Shown here piece after piece: positions 8,374 to 19,054 of a DNA stretch of 64,000 nt. This DNA comes from a virus. Lineage: Duplodnaviria > Caudoviricetes. The notes under the pieces are model-generated. The model was not told where the DNA came from. It saw only the letters and a list, made by a program, of their open reading frames with translations, and searched no databases. Position numbers and translations under genes: made by a program. Where the stretch lies: the IMG/VR virus record IMGVR_UViG_3300021431_004083, positions 64,001 through 128,000 of that record, one strand, 5' to 3'. Within the stretch, counting starts at the first letter, position 1, and each line of letters begins with the position of its first letter.

Positions 8374-11181
8374 CTAATCAGCGAAAGTAAATGTTATACT
8401 CGGATAAAATTGTAACGGGTCTATCGATTCACCATTCTGTATCCATTTGAAATCCAAATGCGCGCCAAACGAATATCCCGTACTGCCGGACAAACCTATC
8501 AACTGATTACCGCTAACGGTAGCGCCCTCACTCACTTCTATGAAACTCAAATGAGAATAACGTGTCACATTACCGTCACCGTGGTCAATCACAACAGAAT
8601 TTCCCCATCCATTATTATAACCGTGATTCGCCTCAATTACCGTACCGGAATGGGCCGCATGGACTTCGGCACCGTAACCGCAACCGATATCAACAGCATT
8701 ATGCGTACTACTATAAGAATCCCAATCACGATGAGCGCCGAAACGTTCCGTAATCACATTACAACCAGGTGTCGGCCAAAAAACACCTGTCATGCTCACA
8801 TTACTGAAAGAATAACCCGCAACAGCATTCACATACTTAGAATCTGTTTCTCTCTTAACGTTACGGTAAGCCGTATAACCACCGCCGTGATATCCCGGTG
8901 AAGACGGCGTCAGGTCTTCGGGAAGCTTATCACAATGCGCCGATTGTGTATCATAAGAACCCTCTACCAAATTACCGTCTACCGACGGATGTTTTGCAAG
9001 TATCTCGTCTTTACCCACATAAACCATGATATGACCGGCTGATGATTTATCCGCCGCCTTGTTATTAAACAATATATCACCCGGCTGCAAATCCGATAAC
9101 TTAGACCACGTCACCTTTTTCCATTTATCAGACGTCGAACAATACGAAATCTGATTAGGAACAGCGCCCGGAGGGAAATTATCATCAGAACCCGACCACC
9201 GAACAGCCGAACACGCGACACGGTCACATGACCTGTACAGACCGTCACCGATAACCGCTTTATTGACTTTCTGATATAACGGTGTACCATTATTATAAGA
9301 CTGACTCTCACTGTCCCACGCAAAAGAAGCAGCTGCGGCAGCAATGGAACTGTTATCAAACGACAACTTATCGGTACAATCCTTCTTTGCGTTAGCAGCA
9401 CCGGCGCCTGTCGACGCATCGGACAATGTCACTTGTGCCTTATCAATAATACTTTTGCCATAAGCCTCGTCATAATCCTGACCGGCTTTCCAATTAACGA
9501 TTTTTGTTCGCCATGATGTCGCATTATCGGCTCTGCCGCTTATCGCGTAATTAGAATACAATGTACCCCAACTATAACCGTATTCCCAAGAAGAAAATAC
9601 ATAAGAAGAAGCCGTCGCCGCATCGGGAACAGACATCTCTTTATACGGCTTTAAGCTACGCGCATAACCGCCATTATCAGGTTCTCTCAACAAATGCTCC
9701 AACTGAAGGTCTAAATCCCACCAATTGCGACCGTTATTCTCAGGTCTGTCGGCAAATTCCATCAGTTCCTGAAAAGCGCCGCCTGTAAAACCATGCAAAC
9801 CAACACCCGGCGCATGTACACGGCGGCCGCTGGGAGACTCTATATAATAAGCGTCAGTATAAATATTCGAATAGCCGTATGACGCATACATCTTCTGCCA
9901 ATATGACTCAACACCGTCATAATCCATCGTATCACGAGTGAACGTAGTTGCGTTTCCATACAATGCTTTTTTCTTTTTCGGACCAAGGTCATTCATATTC
10001 ACCTCATCCGAAACACCACATGAAGACGTCCAATCAGATTCAAGACGCGACGGAATAAAAGAACTTTCAGATTGTATATTACCAAACAGTCCGGCAATAT
10101 GGTCATCGTCCATACCATATGCTTTAAATGCTGAATAGCATAATTTAGCGTTAGCTTCCATCAACTCACTCAAATCAAGGGCAGAACCATCCCCCGCGTC
10201 CGTTGTGTTGTCTTTGATAATCTCATCGCAATTATCATCCTCAGAATCCACCTGACGATATTGATTATCCTGAACAGATTTCACAATAGCATATGTACCG
10301 CCGCCGACAACAAGAATAGGAGAAGCTGCAATCGCGATTGCTAAAACCGCTGATGTTGCCCACAAACTAACGAAAACATTGGCAATAAAAGTCGCGGCAT
10401 GAACGATACCGCTCCAAACCGCAGAAAAAAACGCGGCAACAGCAGATGTAACAGCCTGTACGGCGGCAGACAAAAAAGCAAGCAACTTTGCCATTGCCAT
10501 CTTAAGAGCAGCCGCCATCGCAACATGTTTAGCGGCAGCCACACCTGCGTTTACAGCAGCGCCCTTCACCATCTTCTGACCGAGACTTTCGTCTTTCTTA
10601 TTGCCGACAGGCTTTGTCCCGTCATCTTCCGGCTCGATAAGATTATTATTATTCTTATTATCGTTCTTCAGCGGGTCGGGGTCCTTGGCGTCATTTGCTT
10701 TCTTGTCATCTTTGTCTTTATCCTTATCGTCATCCTTATCCTTCTTATCATCCGTCTTGTCTTTATCTTCGATAAGGTCCTTCGACGCATTCTTTGCTTC
10801 CTTTGCTTCCTTTACGTCACCCGCGCTTTCAGCAACATCCTTTGCGTCAGAAGCAGCATCCTTTGCGTCTTTCACATCAGCGGCAGCTTCTTTTGCCTCA
10901 GAGGCGGCGTCAGCCGCTTCCTTCATATCGGAAGCGGTATCAGCTATCTCCTTTGCGTCCTGCGCGTCATCCTTACCTGTACCTGCGACACTACGTCGCA
11001 ACGACTTAACTGCGGCGCCCGCTTTCTTACCGAGACCGCCTTTGGTGGTCATCGCCTTAGCGGCAGCCGCGCCGCCGATAACATAAGGATTCTTTGTCTT
11101 TCGGGCAGCGATTTGGAGGGCTGCAGAGCCCGCCTTCATCGCCGCCTCTTTATTATTTTTATTTAGTTGTTTCTTCGCCAT
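8374..11181 (-). CDS. Conjugative peptidoglycan hydrolase (VirB1-like): phage-tail lysozyme + NlpC/P60-type amidase + M23 peptidase
   Basis: IAGLFGNIQSES (lysozyme), SCDRVAC...GHIMVYVG (Cys/His) and WPTPG...HNAVD...YSHL...GAHLDF (M23); TM segment after a charged low-complexity N-terminus. Confidence 0.85.
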   Translation of the reverse strand: MAKKQLNKNNKEAAMKAGSAALQIAARKTKNPYVIGGAAAAKAMTTKGGLGKKAGAAVKSLRRSVAGTGKDDAQDAKEIADTASDMKEAADAASEAKEAAADVKDAKDAASDAKDVAESAGDVKEAKEAKNASKDLIEDKDKTDDKKDKDDDKDKDKDDKKANDAKDPDPLKNDNKNNNNLIEPEDDGTKPVGNKKDESLGQKMVKGAAVNAGVAAAKHVAMAAALKMAMAKLLAFLSAAVQAVTSAVAAFFSAVWSGIVHAATFIANVFVSLWATSAVLAIAIAASPILVVGGGTYAIVKSVQDNQYRQVDSEDDNCDEIIKDNTTDAGDGSALDLSELMEANAKLCYSAFKAYGMDDDHIAGLFGNIQSESSFIPSRLESDWTSSCGVSDEVNMNDLGPKKKKALYGNATTFTRDTMDYDGVESYWQKMYASYGYSNIYTDAYYIESPSGRRVHAPGVGLHGFTGGAFQELMEFADRPENNGRNWWDLDLQLEHLLREPDNGGYARSLKPYKEMSVPDAATASSYVFSSWEYGYSWGTLYSNYAISGRADNATSWRTKIVNWKAGQDYDEAYGKSIIDKAQVTLSDASTGAGAANAKKDCTDKLSFDNSSIAAAAASFAWDSESQSYNNGTPLYQKVNKAVIGDGLYRSCDRVACSAVRWSGSDDNFPPGAVPNQISYCSTSDKWKKVTWSKLSDLQPGDILFNNKAADKSSAGHIMVYVGKDEILAKHPSVDGNLVEGSYDTQSAHCDKLPEDLTPSSPGYHGGGYTAYRNVKRETDSKYVNAVAGYSFSNVSMTGVFWPTPGCNVITERFGAHRDWDSYSSTHNAVDIGCGYGAEVHAAHSGTVIEANHGYNNGWGNSVVIDHGDGNVTRYSHLSFIEVSEGATVSGNQLIGLSGSTGYSFGAHLDFKWIQNGESIDPLQFYPSITFTFAD

Positions 11182-11218
11182 CTATCACCAACCCCTCTCG
11201 ATTAAACGAGATGTGCGA

Positions 11219-12661
11219 TTAATATAACGTAATGACATCAAGCGCATCATTCGACGTACGACGTTCATAAGCGTTATGACATTCAAGCTCCAAATCGAGA
11301 AGGTCAATCAGCAACTCCGATTCATATGTTTGTTTCAAACCGAAATAGTCTTCGAGAGCCTTCACGTACTTTGAGATATCATTTTGGACGTCTTTCACAT
11401 TACCGTCACGAGACGTACCGCCCGAAGCGGAATATTTAAACTCCGAGCCATCCTTCTTAAACCAACGAAACTCTTTCGTCGATAACGTCGACTTCGTTGC
11501 CGCCGTAATAGAATCCAGATACGCGGCATAATTCTCACCTTTGTATATCTGTTTAAAATAGCCGTCAAAAACATTATTATCCTGCCACGTAAAATCAACA
11601 CCGCCGTCCAATACCTTACCGGGCTTAAAGTAATACAGAACCTCATCATTCGGAACCGTATTACCCTCGTCGTCCTTCCATACATCCGACTTCTTTGTCA
11701 AAATCTTACCCTGAACGTTCTTGACAACAAAGCTATCGCCTTTGATTTCAGGAGGCAACTCGGGAATCTGCATATTATCATCGATATCCAAACGACGAGC
11801 ATACTCATCGATCAAATTCAACTGCGTCACCATTTGAGCCAACTGCTCGTCGAGCTTAGTGTCAATCTCATACTCACGGTCTGTGACAGCAATATTATAA
11901 TAAATACGCTTCACGTCCATTTTAGGAGCGTCAAGGAAGTCCGTTAACTCAGCCTCTGTCGCGGCAGGATTGAAATAAATACGGAACTGGTCATGCTTCG
12001 CGAAAGACGCATCCGCGTACTCAGATGTATTCGAGTCAGATGAATTATTTTTATTATCTTTATCGTCATCCTTGACATGATTGCCGGATTCAACTGTCAA
12101 CTGATTCGTACAGCGAACCGTCAACGACAACACCTGCTGCGGAAAACCACTCTCAGAGAACAAATGGATACCCATAAAACCGGTCGTACCGAACATATAA
12201 ATCGTCGCGCCGGGATGAGATTTCAGTTCTTCCTTCTTCGCCTTTGTATTCGAACCTGTCAAAAACAACTTATAATCCTTTGCGTCGGTACTGATATTAT
12301 CAGTACTCTCGAACTTCAGCAATACAAAACAGTCTGTTTTGTTCTTATTGGAATATATCTTTCGAACTTCACCTTTTGTACTCGACAACGACGATGTGAA
12401 CTTTTCCGTATAAATTGCCTTATTATTCAACGTATCCGCTTTTGTTTTGACAACATGCGCAATCGTCGTAACGCTCAAAATAATCGATAGAATCAATAAA
12501 ACCGATACGAGCATACCGAAACGTTCAATCGCATGATGTGAATCAAAATGCAATACTGACAGTTTCTTTTTCAAAAATAAACGCCCTCTTTCTTTTTTTT
12601 TTTCATAAATAGCAAGGGGTGCGATAGGGGAAAACCCCTGTCGTACCCCCAACGAAATCAA
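11219..12661 (-). CDS. Membrane-anchored hypothetical protein (transfer region)
   Basis: 480-aa ORF with one N-terminal TM; the true start is probably near LKKKLS (~12573). Confidence 0.75.
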   Translation of the reverse strand: MISLGVRQGFSPIAPLAIYEKKKERGRLFLKKKLSVLHFDSHHAIERFGMLVSVLLILSIILSVTTIAHVVKTKADTLNNKAIYTEKFTSSLSSTKGEVRKIYSNKNKTDCFVLLKFESTDNISTDAKDYKLFLTGSNTKAKKEELKSHPGATIYMFGTTGFMGIHLFSESGFPQQVLSLTVRCTNQLTVESGNHVKDDDKDNKNNSSDSNTSEYADASFAKHDQFRIYFNPAATEAELTDFLDAPKMDVKRIYYNIAVTDREYEIDTKLDEQLAQMVTQLNLIDEYARRLDIDDNMQIPELPPEIKGDSFVVKNVQGKILTKKSDVWKDDEGNTVPNDEVLYYFKPGKVLDGGVDFTWQDNNVFDGYFKQIYKGENYAAYLDSITAATKSTLSTKEFRWFKKDGSEFKYSASGGTSRDGNVKDVQNDISKYVKALEDYFGLKQTYESELLIDLLDLELECHNAYERRTSNDALDVITLY

Positions 12662-12695
12662 CGTTCGGCTTTAACCAAACACATCGGTACGAAGA

Positions 12696-13079
12696 TTAGC
12701 CTTCGCCGAGCGCTTCGATTGTACCCTTTGTACCTGTACCGACAGCTTCGAAAATACCCCATACACCTGCAAAAGCAAGGGCAGCGCCGAGCAAAATCAG
12801 AAGAATGGCGATAGGCCAGCTGACCTGTGTTTTACCGTGGGAAATCAAACCCTTCGCAACCTGATAAATACCGGCGACGAGCATAACGATACCGATGATA
12901 GTAATGAGAATACTACCCCAGTTACCAAGCTTTTGGAAAGCGTTTTTGAGAAAGTTCTCAAGCGTCCAACCGTTTGCCGCAAAAACAGGTACATTTAAAA
13001 CTGCACTCATCATAATAAATACACTCCTTCTCTTCCATTTACGGAAATAACAGCAATAAAATATATGTACGAACAACAC
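12696..13079 (-). CDS. VirB2/TrbC-like small pilin
   Basis: About 105 aa from MMSAVL; signal-like VFA then two TM helices; has its own TTGACA...TATAAT promoter at ~13097-13124. Confidence 0.6.
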   Translation of the reverse strand: MLFVHIFYCCYFRKWKRRSVFIMMSAVLNVPVFAANGWTLENFLKNAFQKLGNWGSILITIIGIVMLVAGIYQVAKGLISHGKTQVSWPIAILLILLGAALAFAGVWGIFEAVGTGTKGTIEALGEG

Positions 13080-13181
13080 ACGTTCTTACAAACTCAATTA
13101 TAACACAAATCTTTTGATTGTCAACCCTTTTCGATATTCAATAAACAAACACCGAAAAGGGCTTTTCATCAATCAAAACAA

Positions 13182-16100
13182 TCAATCATCGAAGCCGGAC
13201 TCCGACCAACCGGGACCTTCTGTTCTCACATCACGTCCCGCGCCGCCGGACAACGAATTCAAATTACGCACACTTCTCTGCGGAGGTGCCGAATGCGCCG
13301 CCGACGGTGCCGCTGAAGGCGCTGAAGGCATCGACTGTAAGGGCTGTGAGAAGCCGCTGCCCGAACCGGAAACGATATGTCCTACATTACCTGAACCGCC
13401 GCTTACTTGTCCGCCGCCTACTTGTCTCACGTTCGTATTTGTGCGAATCTCAACGTCACGATTGACATTCACAACCTCACGCTGTGTCACAACAGCGTTG
13501 CTGACAGAATTTCTCGCATCATTATACTGCTTGACCTGCTGCGGTGTCACACCGCCGCTGCGCATTTGCTGCGCATATACGGTCTTAGCAGCCGCGCGAG
13601 CTTGTTGCTGCGATTGTCCCTGTCCGACAGCTTGATAATAAACAGTATCGGCAGCCGCTTTCGCGTTCGTTTGAACCTTAACGACTCTCTGCTGATTACT
13701 ACTGTACTCATTCACAGCCTTCGTGGTTACGCCATATGCCGATGCGGCGTCTTTCATAGCGGATGCGCGCGCCCTTTCAGCGGCTTTCACAGTACCACCG
13801 GACTTAAGCTTACGCTGATAAGCAATATCGCCGGACGCGTTAACGCCACGAACAGCATTCTCCATACGAGCATCACCTGTCAAACCTGCCGTTCTCGCCT
13901 GAGCGGGCGTCATATAAGCGCCTGTCGCGTTAGCATATGACGCATCGGCAGCACGCTGTGCCTGCTCATGAGTACCACCATTCGCACGTACACGGTCATA
14001 TACGGAACGAGACGAATCAACAGCTTTCGCCTGACGTAAACCGTTACTGCGAACGGAATCAGCCATCGCCTGAGCAGATTCTGCCGAACCACCATGAGCA
14101 ATAACATCGTTATAAGCAGTCGCGGCTTCTTTATCAACCTGAGCAACAGCGTTATTGTAAGCAGAAACACGAGAACCATGAGACGCTTCAGCGGAACGTG
14201 CTGCGCGAATAGCAGCCTCTCCGCCCCTACTACCACCTGCGGCGGTATACGCGGCGTTCAACGCTTCCTTAGGCGAAGCGCCATTATTGATAGCATTATC
14301 ATAAGCCGCACGAGCACGAGCACCCGCTGTAGAATTGTCATAACCAGCTGTAGAACTATGACCCGCTGTAGAACTATGACCCGCTGTAGAACTATCATGA
14401 CCCACTATGGAATTATCATAACCCGCTGTAGAATTATCATGATTGGTGCCTGAATCCGTACTATCCGAATCAGCCGCACCTCTCGCGTCAATATTATTTG
14501 TACTGTTCACATTGTCATGTGAATCTGAATCGGAAGAGTGAGAACCACCGGGCAATGCCGCACGAGCGCCATCCGCAAGACTTGCGTTCTCAGCGATATC
14601 ACGACCTTCAGCATCCTCAGATACAGCATCAGAATCATCGTCAGGCAACGCTTCCATGTTACCGCCATTATCAGGTGTATCATAACCACCATCATCACGT
14701 TCACTACCGTCGGCACTATCACCGCCTCCCGCAGTATCCGTGAAGCCTGCGCCGCCGCCAAGACCGCCCATCAGACGATTACCCGCAGCCATAGCAGCGC
14801 CTGTCATAAGACCGTTCGCTATCGGATGATTCTTAGGCTCAGGTGTAGGCATCAAATTATCGGTACCAAATACACGACCGATAAGACCGTTCAGACCTTC
14901 ATCGATTGCTTTGATGATTGTCTTGCGCGCCTTGATTGCCGCAACACCGAAAACAATAAGCGCAATAGACACGACAACCAACATCAACATCAACGTTGCG
15001 GGTGAAGTGCTGTTATCAGACGCAAACAGCGAGCTCGCGCCTTGCATAATAACGGACGTAATAGCGTCCATCATTCGCATGACAATAGAATAAAGAAGAA
15101 TCGTCGCTATAACCTCGACAATCATAGCTACGATATATGCGACAACCTGTGCCATTGAACGCATAACGCCGAGAGCGGCAGCCGGTATCTTAATCAAAAG
15201 TGTAACCATACGCTTAAGATTTTGGAACAGCAGACCTATCGCGTAACACCAACCGATGATAGCGTAAACAGCCAATGTAACCAACGTATGGAACACGAAA
15301 AGGAAACCAAGGAAACCCGTACCAATACTGTTAACGGATTTATGATAAATTTGAGAAAGAACACTGACGGTATCAAGCGGAGAATAAACAACTGCCTCAG
15401 TCGATTTGAATTGCGTGTTCAAATAGTTATACATCGCCATATCAGACAAACCAAGCGTTACATTGCCGCGTCCTTTGATATATCGCTCAGCACCCCATCC
15501 CTGTTGTCCATTCGTAAAGCTCCATGTTTCATCATACCATTTGATACCGGCTTGATGCGAACCCGAAGCGCTGACTGAAAGAGCACCGTTTGTCATAAAG
15601 GAACCCCATTGCGAATCAGTACAGAGCTGATTGATTTGCTGTTCATTCGGATTACCGTCGTCTTTCCAATTATCCTTCCACTTTGTAAACGTATTCATGT
15701 TACGAAACATGATGACGATTGCTTTATCTGACGAGGAAGAATGTGAAGCCGCAATCGTAGACGCGTATGAACCGGACGTTACAACATCGCCCGTAAGATA
15801 GTTGGCAAGCATCTTCATAATACCCGTATTAACGATAGATGACGAATCGGAACCTCGCTCAAGAACCGCCGTCGACCACTCTGTCATCGAACTTTCGATA
15901 TCATTTGAATCATCTGCCAAGAGCGTAATATTACCGATATAATCGGCATACTCCCTATTAAGACTGAGGCAATGATTCTTCAAAGCCCAATAAGACTCTG
16001 TTGTCGGCTCAATTTTATGCGTATCTCTATCAACGATTTGACCGGCGAGAACATTTCCAGTACCACTATATGGCGGTAATAGATTAGAAGAAGAAACCCA

Positions 16101-17150
16101 CGCGCCGAAATCAACGACCGTTGAGGCAACGGCCACATCAGGCGCTGTAGCAGGAGCTTCAACAACTGTTTTCATATCAGTCAAAACAGTTGTATACATC
16201 GTTCCCAATAAAGGAATACCGATTGCCAAAAAGACAATACGTATCAACAGTTTCTTTGCGCGGTTTTTTGTCGAGCCCATGTTCTTAAAAAGAAGAAAGC
16301 CCGCAATCAAAAGAGCGATACAAAGCGGTATCATGATTTGCCATGAGAACTTCGTCATCCAGTTAATCAACCTTGTATACCAATCACGAAGCGCGGCAAA
16401 TGTTCCGCTCGACGCTGTGGCGCTGCTCGACACAGCGCTATTGGTCAACGAAACCGTACCTGTTCCTTTCATGTCCGTATTAATCAACAGACCAAACGGA
16501 TTCAATGTGTTCAAAACATCGATTATCCATGCAAACACACGCGGGACAGATGACGCTGCCATATACCACAGCACCAACATGGAACCGCCGATAATACGAC
16601 CGAATTCAGTTGAACCCTCTTTGCCATATTTATCCAAGCCGAGAGAAGAAAGCAAACTGCCATAAGCAGTATAGCCATAAAAATCAGACTGCGTCTCTCC
16701 GAAACTATACGTCATATTATAAGAATAAGACGCAGACGCCTTCGTAAATGCCGAAATCAGGAAGTTATACTTATTTTCGTCATTCTCAGGACTGTATGCC
16801 AGATAAGAACCCGCGTCTCCGGGAGAACCAATATAGGTATTGTTGGTTCCCTGAAACATTTCAGAATACGAGCTCTTATTTTCATCCATCGATTTTACAA
16901 CACGATAGTTAAAAAACTGAGCGGCGGCGACAGCTACGTGCGCGAAATCCAGAGAACCGGAATCATCATCATCCTTATGACTTTCGGAATAGTCCTTAGC
17001 GGCATCATTGATTTCATCACCCTCTAAGTAACCGTCGACACGAGCATGCGTTTTCACAAGACTGACAGTAAAAACGGAGCCTGCCGCAATCATCAAAATG
17101 AAAAACAGACATAACAGCTTGAACGAATGCCGTTTTATTGTATTAAGCAT
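13182..17150 (-). CDS. VirB6/TrbL-like polytopic membrane protein with a long low-complexity C-terminal tail
   Basis: 1322 aa, multiple TM helices in the first ~750 aa, Ala/Gly/Ser-rich tail, adjacent to the VirB4-like gene. Confidence 0.65.
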   Translation of the reverse strand: MLNTIKRHSFKLLCLFFILMIAAGSVFTVSLVKTHARVDGYLEGDEINDAAKDYSESHKDDDDSGSLDFAHVAVAAAQFFNYRVVKSMDENKSSYSEMFQGTNNTYIGSPGDAGSYLAYSPENDENKYNFLISAFTKASASYSYNMTYSFGETQSDFYGYTAYGSLLSSLGLDKYGKEGSTEFGRIIGGSMLVLWYMAASSVPRVFAWIIDVLNTLNPFGLLINTDMKGTGTVSLTNSAVSSSATASSGTFAALRDWYTRLINWMTKFSWQIMIPLCIALLIAGFLLFKNMGSTKNRAKKLLIRIVFLAIGIPLLGTMYTTVLTDMKTVVEAPATAPDVAVASTVVDFGAWVSSSNLLPPYSGTGNVLAGQIVDRDTHKIEPTTESYWALKNHCLSLNREYADYIGNITLLADDSNDIESSMTEWSTAVLERGSDSSSIVNTGIMKMLANYLTGDVVTSGSYASTIAASHSSSSDKAIVIMFRNMNTFTKWKDNWKDDGNPNEQQINQLCTDSQWGSFMTNGALSVSASGSHQAGIKWYDETWSFTNGQQGWGAERYIKGRGNVTLGLSDMAMYNYLNTQFKSTEAVVYSPLDTVSVLSQIYHKSVNSIGTGFLGFLFVFHTLVTLAVYAIIGWCYAIGLLFQNLKRMVTLLIKIPAAALGVMRSMAQVVAYIVAMIVEVIATILLYSIVMRMMDAITSVIMQGASSLFASDNSTSPATLMLMLVVVSIALIVFGVAAIKARKTIIKAIDEGLNGLIGRVFGTDNLMPTPEPKNHPIANGLMTGAAMAAGNRLMGGLGGGAGFTDTAGGGDSADGSERDDGGYDTPDNGGNMEALPDDDSDAVSEDAEGRDIAENASLADGARAALPGGSHSSDSDSHDNVNSTNNIDARGAADSDSTDSGTNHDNSTAGYDNSIVGHDSSTAGHSSTAGHSSTAGYDNSTAGARARAAYDNAINNGASPKEALNAAYTAAGGSRGGEAAIRAARSAEASHGSRVSAYNNAVAQVDKEAATAYNDVIAHGGSAESAQAMADSVRSNGLRQAKAVDSSRSVYDRVRANGGTHEQAQRAADASYANATGAYMTPAQARTAGLTGDARMENAVRGVNASGDIAYQRKLKSGGTVKAAERARASAMKDAASAYGVTTKAVNEYSSNQQRVVKVQTNAKAAADTVYYQAVGQGQSQQQARAAAKTVYAQQMRSGGVTPQQVKQYNDARNSVSNAVVTQREVVNVNRDVEIRTNTNVRQVGGGQVSGGSGNVGHIVSGSGSGFSQPLQSMPSAPSAAPSAAHSAPPQRSVRNLNSLSGGAGRDVRTEGPGWSESGFDD
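14319..14440 (-). repeat. Coding tandem repeats (18/21-bp units; STAGHS / STAGYDN)
   Basis: Repeated ACCCGCTGTAGAA(C/T)TAT units on the plus strand. Confidence 0.85.
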
Positions 17151-17156
17151 AAAACA

Positions 17157-19037
17157 TCACCCCGTCCTTTCGGGTAAACCCAATGCCAAGTCTTGATGAA
17201 ACACAACATTATCAAAACCACGGCGAATATAACAAACCGACGAAGACTTGTTTGTTACCAAACCCGCCAAATCAGGCGGAATGCTCTGCCCCATTATTTT
17301 TTGATAATCCTTTACGGAATTCGGCGTCATATTACCCAAAATCGAATAATCCGCCTTTTCCAAAAGACAGAAAGCGTTATCGCTCAGCATCTTATCGACA
17401 TTATTGTAAAGATAACATACACGACCGCCTTTATTATGCAATCGTTCAAACTGCAAATTGATATACTCTTTGATACCGTCATCGATTTGTTCGGCGCCGT
17501 GAATGATAACTGTATCACCCTCACCGAGGTTGCCGACAGCAAAACCGATAACATTAACAAGCTGCGCCATCGCGACGCCCTTACCTCTGAGCATCAAACC
17601 GGAGAAATCATAAATAACACGGCGACCGTCCTTCGCGCCGTCAATCACATCCGTAGTAATAGTATTGAACAAATCGCCGTTATTCGACAACAGGTTACGG
17701 AACGTAACAGAAAGAACCTTCAGAGCGTGAATCGCTTCACTGTCCTTTGCCGCCGCATTCAACAGCGCTTTGTATTCCGTATCAAGATAGGATACGAAAA
17801 CCTCAAGCTTCGGAACCTGCTCATGCGGAATTCCGACAATACGCAGACGCTTTCGGTTCGCAATCGCGTTCTCGTACCACATACGTTGGTCAATATAAAA
17901 CTTCGTAGCGATTTGCTCCAACTCGCCTCGAATAATAGAACGATCGGAGTCTGTTGTCTCATACGCCTGCTCCGCCATCAATATCAGCTTTTGCATCTGT
18001 GACGGGAAAACAGAAAGCTCGTCATCGGCGTCGCCGAACATCTCAAACATATTGACGTCGCCCTGTCCCATATCGATACGATATGTCAAATCGGTAAACT
18101 TCGGACCGAGATTATCCAGATTTGCGCCGTTCAAAATCAAATGAACGACCTTGCCGTTGCGAACGAGAACTGACTGGGATATCTTAGAACCCCATACATC
18201 AGAAACATAGGTACGCCCTAATTTCTTTTCAAAACTCTCATTCGCGACAACGATATGATGCTTATATCGATTAACATCAAACAGAACAGCGGAGTTATTC
18301 ACATCACCGACCATATAACCGACATACTCACCCGCAGGGTCTTCCAGACCATGTGTGACAAGGTTATACGAGCCCGCATACTCCGTAGACGTAAAATAAA
18401 AGCCTTTGCCGAGCTTCTTTTCGTTCTTAGCGAACAAATGAGAAAGCTCATTACGCTGTTCCCCGTGATACGCCGCTGCTGACAGCGTAGCGAAACGGTC
18501 GATATATAAACGTTCTATCTTGGAAACAGCATCATCGAGCGCGTCGAGCGTCGGAGCTTTGATGAGCAACCGCCAATGCGCCGACAAATAAACGGCGCCG
18601 TCCTGCAGCTCCTGAGCAACTTCGTACAAATCCTCACTACGACGGGACGCTTTACCCTTTGTTGTATTCGAACCCGCGCGCTGCTGCTCGTTCTCATTCA
18701 TCTTGGCAACGCCCTCAGCTTTATTCTGATGCTCCAATAACCAACCCTCTGTCATACGACGGGTTTGCTCAAAGAGCAATATCGAAACGTCATCACCGAG
18801 GCCCGACGGAATCTTATTAACGCCCCAAAAAGGACCGTAACCGTCGTTTGCGCCGTCTTGGTGGAAAAACGACATGATAGTCGCGAAACTATCGTCGATT
18901 TGGAAATAATCGCTGTGAAACACATAGCGCTCAACGGGCTTAATGGCAAGCAAATCGGGATAGTCACGCAAAGAGCCGGTCATCTTTTTCGCTCTCGCCT
19001 TTTGTTCCTTCGTCTCTTTTCGATTAAATAAACCCAA
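17157..19037 (-). CDS. VirB4/TrsE-like protein with degenerate Walker motifs
   Basis: 626 aa between the VirB3-like and VirB6-like genes; GEYVG...AVLFD, VNMFEM, RVIYDFSGL and IIHGAE follow the VirB4 motif order, but there is no GxxxxGK[ST]. Confidence 0.6.
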   Translation of the reverse strand: MGLFNRKETKEQKARAKKMTGSLRDYPDLLAIKPVERYVFHSDYFQIDDSFATIMSFFHQDGANDGYGPFWGVNKIPSGLGDDVSILLFEQTRRMTEGWLLEHQNKAEGVAKMNENEQQRAGSNTTKGKASRRSEDLYEVAQELQDGAVYLSAHWRLLIKAPTLDALDDAVSKIERLYIDRFATLSAAAYHGEQRNELSHLFAKNEKKLGKGFYFTSTEYAGSYNLVTHGLEDPAGEYVGYMVGDVNNSAVLFDVNRYKHHIVVANESFEKKLGRTYVSDVWGSKISQSVLVRNGKVVHLILNGANLDNLGPKFTDLTYRIDMGQGDVNMFEMFGDADDELSVFPSQMQKLILMAEQAYETTDSDRSIIRGELEQIATKFYIDQRMWYENAIANRKRLRIVGIPHEQVPKLEVFVSYLDTEYKALLNAAAKDSEAIHALKVLSVTFRNLLSNNGDLFNTITTDVIDGAKDGRRVIYDFSGLMLRGKGVAMAQLVNVIGFAVGNLGEGDTVIIHGAEQIDDGIKEYINLQFERLHNKGGRVCYLYNNVDKMLSDNAFCLLEKADYSILGNMTPNSVKDYQKIMGQSIPPDLAGLVTNKSSSVCYIRRGFDNVVFHQDLALGLPERTG

Positions 19038-19054
19038 AAAACATCACCTCATCC

